Assembly: GCF_006345805.1 (NCBI RefSeq)
Contig: NC_042998.1
Coordinates: forward strand, 100,254,001-100,318,000
Direction: 5' to 3'
DNA length: 64,000 nucleotides
From: Octopus sinensis
Taxonomy: Eukaryota
Each line of letters begins with the position of its first letter. Positions within the stretch are counted from its first letter, which is position 1. Below are positions 39,980-52,006 of the stretch, piece after piece. A program made the position numbers and the translations under genes. The notes beneath the pieces are model-generated. The model was given only the letters and a program-made list of their open reading frames with translations. It was not told the DNA's origin and ran no database searches.

Positions 39980-41292
39980 TGTGTGTTGTGTGTGTGTGTG
40001 TGTATATATATATACTTTTTAATAAAAACCAAAAAAACTTCAATCATTACTCAGAGTTTCATGTTCATATGATCACAACTATCTGACAAATGCTAATGTG
40101 AAGCTGTGTAACAGTTTGTGAAGATATTTCCAGCTTTAATAAAAGGCATATTACTCTACTGTTTGTACGGCAGTATTATATTTTCCACCTTATTTTGCAT
40201 TTATGTGTTTGTGTGTGTGTGTGTGCATCATTCTGCATATCTTACTGAACATAGATGTAAGGCAAGCAAACAGCAATATTTGTCTCAAGAGAGCATCTTC
40301 CATAGATGTATAGTGCTAAAAAGCACTAAAATATATCAGTAGCAGATGAAAAATATCTAGCAGCTGTGGTAGAATTGTTAAATCTAGATTTCTGCTTCAT
40401 TGTGCATCACCAGTAGTAACTATCTACAAGCAACTTCATACTTAGACAAATTTAGCTTTTGACTAATATAGAAAAACAGTGATAAACGAAACAATGATGT
40501 CACAAATAGCCATCAGGCTGAATAAAAATTTGTTATTAGTAACAAGAGCAGTATTACTTCAGAATAGCATTTTGTTATCTTTTCATCTACTACTGATATA
40601 CTTCTGTGTTTTTAGCTCTGTTTGTATGAGATGCTTTCTCAAGAGGAATAACACAGTTTTATGGCTTTCTATAGTATATCCACCGAAGTGAGATATACAG
40701 AACCATATTTTGAATTAATATTGCACTTGTTACTAATAATGAATTTTTACTCAGCCTGCTAGCTATTTGCAGCACCAGTGGCTTGTTAAATAAATTGATT
40801 TTCTATATCAGTAGAGGCTAAATTTCTCTAGGCATGTGGTTACTAGTAGATATTTGCTGCTGATGACATTAAAAGAAGCAGAAATATCAATTTATCAATT
40901 CTGCCATTGCTGCTAGACACTTCACATTTGCTACTAATATAATTTTGTGCTTTTTAGCTCTATTATCTATATGAGATGCTTTCTCGAGATGGATACTGCA
41001 GTTTTCTGGATTCCTACAGTATATCTATTTTAAGTGAGCTATACATAATGCTATTTTGAACTAATACTGTTGTTATGGGGGTAATAGTAATAATGGTACA
41101 CTCCTCCCATGTGATGAGTGGTATATGCAAGTCATTATGAATAAGGTGAGATCAGTTAGTAGAGAGAGAGGGAGAGAGAGAGTATGAAGTAGTTGTGTCT
41201 TTATTGGTCTAACAACTATACTGCTATACCAAGGTGGGCATTATAACAATCCGACATTAAGGATTACAACAACTGCTCCCACTTAACAACAA

Positions 41293-41347
<55 letters not shown>

Positions 41348-42139
41348 GTGTGTACACATACACACACCCATCACAAGACAACTGTTTGAGGAAGATATTT
41401 TATATATAATAATCAAAATTAATCAACAAAATTCAAAGAGTCTACTAATGGTCAATACTGGCAAGTTAACTCAGTAAAAAAAAAAATGTTAGTATACTGT
41501 AAAAAAGAAACATATCTAAATATTTCAGGTGGAGCTCCGTATTCTTTGGTGAACAAGCTTTTATGTTTGATTTCCAATATTTTATAGGTGACTCAAGATG
41601 ACAAGCTGGCAGAATGGTTAGCACACTGGGGCAAAATCCTTAGCAGCATTTCACCCGTCTTTATGTTCTGAGTTCAAAAGCTGATGACATTGACTTTGCC
41701 TATCATCTTTCCAAGGTTGATAAAATAAGTACCAGTTGAGTATTGGGGTCAATGTAATCAATTTAACTCTTCCACCGAAACTGCTGGCCCTGTGCCAAAA
41801 TTTAAACCAATATTTTATATGTGACTCAAGGTGGCAAACTGGTAGAACTGTCGGCATGCTGGGCAAAATGCTTAGTGTCATTTCATCCAACTTAATGTCC
41901 TGAATTCAAATTCTGCCATGGTCAACTTTGCTTTTCAGCCCTTCAGGATCAATAAAATAAGTACTAATTGAGCACTGGGGTTGATGTAATTAATTTACCC
42001 TTTTCTCTAAATTGTTCTACCAGTTTGCCACCTTGAGACAAATTTCCTTAACTGTATGTGACTGTGAGTCTGGCTAATGATTCTGATTGGCTAGTAGTTA
42101 AGGAAATTTGTCTAAATGTAATAGTAAAACATTACATAC

Positions 42140-42226
42140 CTTTCGAGGTGTCTGTTTATCTGTTTTATCATAAACCGAGATACCTCTATGGCTAATGCCA
42201 AGCCACCATGGAATGTCTTTTTTATC
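42140..42226 (-). CDS. FRMD4A: FRMD4-like exon (F3 lobe): DKKDIPWWLGISHRGISVYDKTDKQTPRK
   Basis: ctttcaatttctAG acceptor and AAG|GTATGT donor; 87 nt, phase 0-0. Matches DKQGIPWWLGLSYKGIFQYDYHDKVKPRK. Confidence 0.97.
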
Positions 42227-43060
42227 CTAGAAATTGAAAGATGGAAAAAAAATAAGACAGACAACTTAAATTTAGTCATTATTCTTTAATTTTTTTTTTT
42301 GCACCAGCATTCAACATATGACTTAAAGAAGATGAAAAAAAATTAGTTTACTAAAAGAAGGAAACAAAATTAAAAGATTAAATTTGATATACTACAATTA
42401 TCACTATTACCACAAAACTCTGTTTTATGGACATACTAGTCAAATCCAGCCTCTCCCACTGCTCCTACAAGGCTATCCTAAAAACAATTGAAATCATTGA
42501 AGTTTCAAAGCTGTGAGATAATGCATGATTAATTCACAACAACGTAAATGAATAAGCATTACATTTAATAGAGTAATCTGAATGCTAAAGAGTTAAAGTC
42601 CATTCTTTCATATTTTGGATGGACTGGTCTGACTCACAGCCAAAGTCCATCAACCAAGTTCTGAGTTAATATATATAGATCTGTTAGGGTTAATGTCTTT
42701 AGATATGAACAAAGTGTTTTAAAAAATGTGTTTTTCAACCTATATTTGCTAATTTCAAACACTAGCAATATAGGGTATAAGCACTTTGGTACATTCTCAC
42801 CCTATATGCATAGCTTCACTGGAAAGAGCAGGAAAGATAAAGATATAAAGAGAGAGAGTGTGGTTGCTACAATTCCACTAAGGAACAGGATAAAGAAGAG
42901 AAAGTTTAACTGTCAGGGGAAGTTGTGTGATCTGTGTCAATGTGGTTATTAGATATGAACAGAAATAAAGCCATTCCAACTGAAGATAAAGTACACAGAC
43001 ACTATAAAAAAAGAAGAAATTGTTTGAGAATTAAACATTCAAAAATCATGTATAACTTAC

Positions 43061-43118
43061 TTTTACTTCATAATAGTGAATACCATATGTAGGCAAACTT
43101 TCACATATTGTCATGTAA
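43061..43118 (-). CDS. FRMD4A: FRMD4-like exon: YMTICESLPTYGIHYYEVK
   Basis: ttttttctAG acceptor and AAA|GTAAGT donor; 58 nt. Carries the FERM F2/F3 junction motif LPTYG.HYY. Confidence 0.96.
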
Positions 43119-45959
43119 CTAGAAAAAATATATACATAACAGAGTCAATACAAACAAAACATTTTGATGAAATATAACATTTAAAACAATACTTTTGTGG
43201 ATTTAAAGAACTTTGCGTGTGAATGACTGACAATAATTTGTTAGACTGTGACTACACACATTATTATGATTTTGCTATTAAGGAGCAAATATACAACTAG
43301 TAAAACAATCGAACACAAACATGTAAGGGTAAACTGTAATGTTAGACTGCAGTGGTTGCTTCAATTATTTTTCACGTTATTCCTTGATTACATATACATT
43401 CTCAAAGTTGTTGCTGTTTAGATCCATGTCAGACCTAACTGATAAGGCCTCCGATCAAATACATTCTAGATATGACCATCCGTTTTGTCCTCCTAGCATT
43501 TTACAAAGGACTGTATTATCAAAATTTCATTTTGTTCTAAGGTAATAAGGATGTTAGTCAAGAGATTTAGCTGCTATTTTCATGAGTGAGCACATAAAAG
43601 CTTCGTATTTAACTAATATTAGGATGGCTGTAAAAGTAGACTACTTGACCAAATACTCTTTGGTATTTAGTTACATCCCTTAACATTCTGAGATCAGTTT
43701 CCATCCAAGTTGACTCTGCCTTAAAATAAGCACCTATCAAGTACTAGAGTCAGATTCAATGAACTGTTCCCACTCATATAATTCATTATCAAGAAGGAGA
43801 AAGTGAACAGAGGAGATAAGGACTCTGCATGCTGCAGTGCATGCAACTCATCTAGGGGAGCATTAACTGCAAATAAAACCTGTTATAGAGTAGACAGGTT
43901 TCTTTACTGTTGTGGCAGACAACCATTTTAGGGCTGGGTAGCAGAATAAAAATGCACCAAATTCATGTGATTAGTGGTAGGAAGAGCAATCATTCAAAAA
44001 CCATGCCAAATAAGAAAGCTTATATGACAAAAAAAGATTGGTAGTTTAAAAAAATTTTTTTTTTAACCATATGTGCCAGTCACAAAGGGCTAGGGCTACA
44101 ACAAGCAAGGAGACCTTGTGAGATTATCCAGCCCCTGCCAGCAATGAAAAACAAATATATAACAATGGTAATGATTAACGGTAATGGAATACAGAAACGG
44201 TAGCATACTGTATTAATGTCTTGTAGTATTTAATTATGTTCCAGATAAATTTGACAGCAATAAAAAAGACTTCATCCCAAATCACCATTATAGTTTTAAT
44301 GTCCACTTTTCCATGCTTGCATGTATTGGACAGAATTTATCAAGATTTTCTATGACCAGATGCCCTTCCTGTTGCTAACCTTCTCGTTTCCAAGCAAGGT
44401 AATATTTCCACAAGGCCTGTTATGTTTTCATAGAAGATTGAAAATGAATGACACTACTTGTATGGTTGATACTCCTTTATAACTACCACGCGATGTCAAC
44501 ACAAGGAGACCACCCCATTGACATTTCATATCAAAATAAAGCAAAAAGTGTCCGTTTCATGACAGTATCATTTTCAACACAAATTGAATTATAGTACTCC
44601 AGCACATTGAACTGGAACGAGCACTACAATTCAGCAGCCAAGAACAAAAACAGGACAAACGTTGTAAAAGAGTGGAAATATGAGGGTGATTGAAGGGACC
44701 TAGCATAATATGTAAGTGTTGGATTTTTACCAAAAGTATGTGAGAACAAAGCTCACATTCAGAACTTTCAAATGATGTATAATTGTCTACAGGAAAATAA
44801 TGTATTTTGACATGAAAATGATCAAGCAAAAAGTGGGTTTTTGCATGATCAAATTGTGCTTGTTGCCTCTTCTATGGGGCTCTGCAGCGATACCTACTTT
44901 TATGTTAAAATGTGCCTCTTTTCAAATTCATAAATTTACAGATTTAAGTCACTGTTACTAGCCTAGCACATAATTGCACCAAATATTTTATGTATTAAGC
45001 TTAAAATCAAATGTAAGTGTGATGTTTATAACCCTTTCCTTAAAAACTTTAAAAATAAATACTGGATATTCCAGCATAGAGTAAAGAGTAGTAAAGGTGT
45101 ATGGCTTAGTGGTTAGAGTATTCAGTTCATGATCATAAGGTTGAGTTCGATTCCTGACAGTGTGTTGTTTCCTTGTGTAGGACACTTTATTACACATTGC
45201 TCATATTCACTCAGCTGGCAAAAATGAGTTGTACCCATATTTCAAAGGGTACATTGTCACATTCTGCATCACATTTTGTATCATGTGGAATCTCCCTGAG
45301 AACTACGTTAGGGGTACACGTGTCTGTGAAGTGCTCAGCTACTTGCACATTAATTTCACAAGCAGGCTATTCCATTGATCAATACAACTGGAACACTTGT
45401 TGTCATAAGCAATGGAGAGCCAAGCCATTCCAGTGAAAGAATAGAGTAAGGAGTAAGGTAGCAGTGAATCAAGCATACAACATGGTACAGATTTCTGACT
45501 GAATTTCACTCCTCTTGTTTCATCTACAGCTTTAGGAAAAGAACATTATAATGAACGTCACAGAAATCCATTTCCTGCATCTCTAGCATATAGAACATTC
45601 ATTTAATAAAAAAAGGATCAATTCTGGTTATCACCATTTTACATTTAAAAAACAGTAACATAAACACACAATCATCTACAGCAGCTTTTTCATGATGGCA
45701 CAGATTGTGCAGTTGCCAGTTCTTAGGAGTAACTGTCTTCTGAGATGGATAAGGGGCCGTGTATCCCTTTCACATTTACTTTTGTTGCAGTTTCTACAGC
45801 AGGATGCTCTTCTTATTACCAACTACTTTATAATGCATGTCAGATGCATTTTATTATGACACTGCACTAGAGAGGTTGTCTTGTCTTCAGCATGACCAAA
45901 GCATTCTCTCTGTATTATCTCCATATATTTGTTCAGGAGGAACAGATTGAGATGGTGAT

Positions 45960-46600
45960 AAAAATAGGGAAAGAAGAGAGCCAGAATCATAGGAGCAAGA
46001 GTAATGGAAGTAGGGAGTGAGAGACTGAAAGACAACTATATGATTGATGGTTGATGGTAAAGAGATTGGTTAGAAGTAACATAACTGAAAGGTTAATGGG
46101 AGGGAAGGAGAGAGAGAGTGAGAGAGAGAGCAACATGATGATTGCTGATAGAGACTGAATAGAAGCAACAAGAGCAATGTGATGGAGGAAAGAGAGGATT
46201 GGGGGATAAAGGGAGTATTGAAAGAAGGAGTGATAGATAGTTATGAGGATGGGTGGTAGTAAGAAAGTGAGTGTAATGCTTCTCAATAATGAGTGATAAG
46301 GAAAGGAGTGAAGTGAGAGAGAAAGAGCTGGCTAACAATAAAGGTGATGGAAAAGAGGGGAATGAATAAGGACATCAAATGCAATGATGTCCCTCACTAC
46401 AGAGGTGACATGATAGGTGGAAGTGAGAATGGCAGTAGGTATTTTCATTCATAAGAAAGGGTGTGAGTGACATATGTGAGAGTAACAAAGTGGGGGGTGG
46501 GGTGGTAGATGAAAATTTGATTAATATTGTTGCAATGGCTGAGAGTAATGGAAAAGAGAGTGGAAGAATGATAGACAGCAGCACAATGGTTGTTGGTGAT
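45960..46600 (+). repeat. Purine-rich (GA/GGA/GAT) low-complexity tract
   Basis: Strong G/A strand bias; the ORFs here are S/L-rich artefacts. Confidence 0.7.
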
Positions 46601-47020
46601 GTAGATGTTATACAAACCAATCTCCATCACCACCATCATATTTCATGTTCACACACACACACATATCTTAGAGGTACATTTCCATGATTGGTTGTGTAAG
46701 ATGCAGCTTTGGAATTCTGAATTTCATGTTTGAATACAGTATCAGAAAGTTTGTCATTGAACACAGGATCGTAACAAGGCCCCACTATCATTATACTCAT
46801 CATCATATCTATGTATGTTTTCCCAGCATATCACTACTTGTCATGGTCCTTTGTCATCTCCTTCGTGAAGTCCAGGATCTTGAGATAAGATTTTACCATT
46901 TCTACCCATGTTTTCTTTGATTTTCTTGCAAGCATCTTCCTTCTACTTGCATCCTTTGATTCTTTTTTTTTTTTTTTTACCAAACTATCATTCCATATAG
47001 TAGCATAACAAAAGACTTAC

Positions 47021-47086
47021 TTAACAATAGAAAGACCTCTTGAAGTGCCTTCGATCTTTTGATAATGGAATAAAACACGCTCTTCA
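47021..47086 (-). CDS. FRMD4A: FRMD4-like exon: EERVLFHYQKIEGTSRGLSIV(N)
   Basis: catttttcAG acceptor and AA|GTAAGT donor; 66 nt. Matches EDRVIEHYKKLNGQTRGQAIVN. Confidence 0.95.
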
Positions 47087-47629
47087 CTGAAAAATGAAAA
47101 GAAAGATGCAGATTAGAAATGAGCAAATCACATGTTTTTAAGTGTTTTCTTTGAGCATATAAATATACATACAGACACACACACACACATAAGCGTGACT
47201 AACTGTTTAACTTTCTACTGTGTTTTGTCTTAGCAATACAAGTAAAATTGTAGTAAAGATTGTTTGTCTACATTTAGTTCATTTTAGTGCATATGAAATG
47301 AACATGCTCAGATTGGTAATATATCTTGTGGTTGGAAAATATGCAACTTAATTCGGTTGGCTGATAGTTGAGTGTATATCTGATGTCATTCAGAAAAAGA
47401 ATTTGACCAAATATTTAGGCATAGTGGTAGCAATGGTACAGTTTGAAATTGCATGTCTAAGAAAAGTTCTATACAGTAAACTAAGGGCATCATGATCAGC
47501 ACATATTATCTATGTGTTAGGAATCGATTGGCTAATCATAGACATTTCTGCACAATAATGACCTGATGCTAACCTTTGTAACATTAGCTTCCTAGCCTGG
47601 AATTTTCTCTCCAGTTCCCCAATAAATTC

Positions 47630-48130
47630 AAATTAAAACATCATTAACGTATTAGAATTACCATGGACAGCCAGTCTTAAACTCCTTTGTGGTGGCCTGA
47701 AAGAGTATGATGAATAGGAGGGGATTGAGGAGTGAGCTTTGATGGACTCTTACCTTCATATTAAATTCATCACTGAAATCATTTTACTGAGTTCCTCTTT
47801 ATACATAGTTTGTACAGCCTTCACAAGTCATTTGTGTATGCCTAGTTTCCTTAGTGACCACCAGATCACTGAACATGGTACTCTGTTAAATACCTTCTCC
47901 AAGTCATTGAATGCCAGGCATAGTGGTTTACTCTTAGCTAAGTATTTCTCTTGTAGTTGCCTCACAAGGAAGCTTACATCCATGGTACCTCTTCCGGGAA
48001 CAGAACCCAACTGTATTTCATTTAGCTCTACCCTGTTACAAATTAATTGTACTATGACTTTCATAACCTGATCCAGTAGTTTGATTCCTCTACAATTTTT
48101 TTTTAGTCTAGTAACAAATAGAGGAATCAG
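47630..48130 (-). mobile_element. RTE (BovB-like) LINE reverse transcriptase fragment
   Basis: NCRGIKLLDQVMKV, QLGSVPGRGTMDVSFLVRQLQEKYLAKSKPLCLAFNDLEKVFNRVP, WWSLRKLG and KEFKTGCPW. Confidence 0.88.
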
Positions 48131-48583
48131 TATTAAAACTGGTAGTATCATATATTGACGAGTCAGAGCTGATGCTTTTGTATACTGACATTTGAACTCA
48201 GCTCAACAAGACACTAACTCTATGTCACTACCTCACTTCATTCAGCTTTGGGGAGTAGATACCTCAATTTTGAATGGAAAGTTATCTGTAATAGTTATGT
48301 AAAGAGTTAAACATCATCTTAAAGATTGTGATTCATGAAAGTATGAACTTTAAGTTTTTGATCTGGACCATTTAAACTCTAAGGTTGATGTTAAATTTTG
48401 CTGTTAAGCAAAGTAATGCCAAGCAAATGATATAATTTGCCTAAGATTTATCACTCACTGACTGTAATAAAGGTCAAAACCATGACCCAAAGGTTAATAA
48501 TCATCTCAACTTCTCAATAAATCCATGAACTCATAAATGAAAAAAAAAACTCTTGTAATATAATATTAAAAGATTTTACATAC

Positions 48584-48667
48584 CAGTAACCTAGAGAAGG
48601 ATGTTCTTGTAACGTTCGGGTTGGGACAACATATAACTTTTTCAAATCTTCACGAGCATTTTCCACC
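48584..48667 (-). CDS. FRMD4A: FRMD4-like exon: VENAREDLKKLYVVPTRTLQEHPSLGY(C)
   Basis: tattactgcAG acceptor and TG|GTATGT donor; 84 nt, phase 2-2. Matches NEVVRSDLKKLPALPTQALKEHPSLAYC. Confidence 0.95.
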
Positions 48668-49338
48668 CTGCAGTAATATATAAATTGATAGATTAATTAT
48701 AAAAATACCACCATACTTAAACAAAGCAACAAAAAATTATCATTATAGGAAAGAACAATTTAGGTTTCAATTACATTCTGAAAGAGGTCATGTTGGCCAT
48801 TTACAAACACATGCACACCATAGCATTTCTTAGCGTGAGATATCAAAGTTATAACCACATACCAGTCATATGAACACATAATGTATTAAAAATATATTAT
48901 ATATTATATTTAAATATACAAAATATGAAGTATGACAGTTTAAAGTTAAATATTTAATGCATCTTACGATCGTTTCACCAAAGTACTGTCTTTATAATGG
49001 AATCCAAGATTGATAAACATTGATAGGCAATACTTCCATTCATCAGAGATGGAGAGGGTGAAGTTTGTATAATTAATCAAATGCTATTTTTAAAATATGA
49101 AAGAATATATGAAAAGGGTGTTTTTTTTTTAAATATAAATTAAAAGTTACTGGCTTTGATTTGCGTAGGTACACTTTTGTATAAAAATTTTTTGAAGTCT
49201 GTATATCCATCCTTGGGAAATACTCCACAGTAATCCATAATTTTGTGTAATATGTATCCCGTATTTTATCTTGCATTCCATATGTGATTCATAGATGTAG
49301 AAAAGCATAAAGAGTATATATATATATAAATATATATA

Positions 49339-49526
49339 TAAGCAATAAAGGGTTTAGCAACGAATTGCCTTACCACATTCTCTCTTACCTGTTTGTGTCT
49401 GCCTTCCAATTGCTGTTTTTACTGAGATCTCCCTTTTTAGTAGAAGAAATAGCTATAACTCTTTGACTGCTATTTCTAAATTCGGTATGTGGTAAGGCAA
49501 TTCGTTGCTAAACCCTTTATTGCTTA
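49339..49526. repeat. 188-bp element with perfect 40-bp terminal inverted repeats
   Basis: TAAGCAATAAAGGGTTTAGCAACGAATTGCCTTACCACAT and its exact reverse complement ending at 49526; TA ends next to (TA)n. Confidence 0.93.
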
Positions 49527-50094
49527 GTATTACTTAAATTTTCCTCGAATGAGGCTTTTACATGCCGAAGACTACTTGGTGTAATTGATAATTATTCCAA
49601 ATTAATTAATTTCACCCTTCATTATTACGGATAACTATATATATATATATATATATATATCATCGTCATCGTTGTTTAACATCTGCTTTCCATGCTAGCA
49701 TGGGTTGGACGATTTGACTGAGGACTGGCAAACCAGATGGCTGCAACAGGCTCCAATCTTGATCTGGCAGAGTTTCTACAGCTGGATGCCCTTCCTAATG
49801 CCAACCACTCCGAGTGGTCAAAGTATTGTGTTTATATTTGTATTTGTATAACTGGAAAATGCCAATTAAAATTTTAAAATTTAATGTAACTGTAACATCC
49901 ATTTACTGTAGATTAGATGTGCACAGATTCGAATTTCAGGAAGACCTATTTAATATTTGTCAAATATATAATTTATGTTGTGTAAAAATGCGTATACTCA
50001 AATAATTATAATTATCTACCAACTTGTTTGTAAATATCTTCTTATTTTAATATCACTACTAGGAAAAATAAATAGTTGCTAATGTAAATCCTTA

Positions 50095-51280
50095 TTAGAT
50101 CTTTTATGATATTTAAAAGTTTTATAGAGCCTATGTCTACATGTTGATAGCATTTCCAATTGACAATTTATTAAATTATTTTGTCTATATAATAATATAT
50201 ACAGTGATTCTTTTGTACAGAGATGGCAACTAGAAGATTTATGTGGCTGAGTCTATTATTGACCAATCTAATCTATAGTTAACTTTGCTTTCTTTAAGTT
50301 TGTGTATATAAGTAGCTAATGAGGTAGTATTACTGGTTATATTCGGCTTAAAAGAATGTATGTGTGCTAAAAATCTTTGTTTAAAGTTAACAGAACTCCC
50401 TATGTATACCATACTATGTGAATTATCAGTTAATGTAACAATGCACTTGTATATTACGTTAAATGTTTGCCTTCTAAAGGACATAATTCTTTATTTTTAC
50501 ATGAGCAATTTATATTTTTATATTTCTGTTCAGAGGTATAATGCCTAATATCATTATGATTATTTATTATGGTGTGTGGTATTATCAGTGAATTTACTGG
50601 AGGATAATTTGTCATAGAGTTAGATATATTTACTATTTGAGAATTATTATTGTTATTAGCTTGTAGTGTTGTATTACCTAAGGCATATTTTCAAATGTAT
50701 GATTTTTAGAATTACGCTGGGATTTTGTTACATCTATATTATAGCTACGTGTTCTCATATTCTGAGTATTATATGGAATCCTAGTGCTACTTCATATTTT
50801 GTTATTAGTATTGTTATTTTTGCTATTTCTAAAGCTATTTTTATATTTATTAATTTTTCTTCTATTAGAACTGCTGATAATTGATCCTATGTTTGGCACT
50901 GTAGAGAAGATATTTTAATTGATGATCTGTTAAAATATGTGGTGATATTTATGATTACTAGGAAAGCATTTTTTAACTACATTGAAAAACTTTTTTGCTA
51001 AACCCCTAACGTTTAATGAAAATGGAGGTGTATACCAATTAATTTCTCTCTTTCCACTGTTATTGGTTAATTTATAACATTTACATATTGATTTAGGGAT
51101 TTGCATATCTTTCAGAGAGTGTTTTTTGTTATTATTATATTTAGTTCCTTGCCTATCATGATGAGTGGAAGTATTGCCTATCAATATTTATCAATCTTGG
51201 ATTGCATTATAAAGACAATACCTTTGCAAAATGATCATAAGATATGTTAAATACTTAACTTTAAACTATCATACTTTATA
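50095..51280 (-). mobile_element. Penelope-like element relic (RT C-terminus plus GIY-YIG endonuclease)
   Basis: QIPKSI..KREINWYTPPFSLNV..KCFPSNHKYHHIF, then VIYKCIVT..VYIGSSVNFKQRFLAHIHSFK..TSLATYIHKLK..WSII, then CHLCTKE..LSTCRHR. This is the PLE domain order, with stops. Confidence 0.88.
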
Positions 51281-51926
51281 TAATTACATAACTATATATA
51301 TGTATATGTGTGTGTGTGTGTTTCCCTTGTTAACAATAAACACGGAAAAAATAGATAAATAGTTACCATGGTAGCATAAAATCACACAAGTAAAAAGGGT
51401 GTAACTCCTTGTTAGAATTGCAGAAAGTAGCTTTGAATAACATATATGCATGTACAATGACATTTGACTCATTTGTGTACACTTGAATATGGAAAGACCT
51501 ATTATTGTGGAAGACCTTTCACTCACCTACAACAAACACCTTCTATAAACTAGCCCACCCCTTTTCTATTTTACTCCTCAGGAAAGGGACCTCTTTGGTT
51601 TTGCAAGTTACAAGGCAACCTCACCACTGCAGGTGCCATGAAAAAAACAGTGAAAATATCTGTAGAAACCATACTAAGGTTGTGATGGTTCTCCAGTTTA
51701 AAAAACCAGCTAATCCATAACAACATGGAAAATAGACATGAAAATGATGATGATGGCATGTGTGTTACAGACACACCAACATATACATACAAAAACTCAA
51801 GAATATAATCACACATACTCCAAATGTCTTTAATCATCCCTATGTCTTGAGATTAACAGTAGCAGAAATTTTATTTTTTAGAGTGATATAAACTTATTTA
51901 ATGACAGTTAAAATTCAAAAGCTTAC

Positions 51927-52006
51927 GTTGTAAAATTTCCATAAGTTATTTGCAATACATAAGCCGCAAGTTCAAATACTGTTTCACTATTACACTCAAG
52001 AAGGCC
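51927..52006 (-). CDS. FRMD4A: FRMD4-like exon (F2 lobe): GLLECNSETVFELAAYVLQITYGNFT(T)
   Basis: cttttcttttgcAG acceptor and AC|GTAAGC donor; 80 nt. Matches ELIDVDSEVVFELASYILQEAKGDFSS. Confidence 0.95.

Noticed and set aside
47660-47696. Apparent 35-nt exon (ATTKEFKTGCP)
   Set aside because: It is part of the RTE RT fragment (EFKTGCPW motif).
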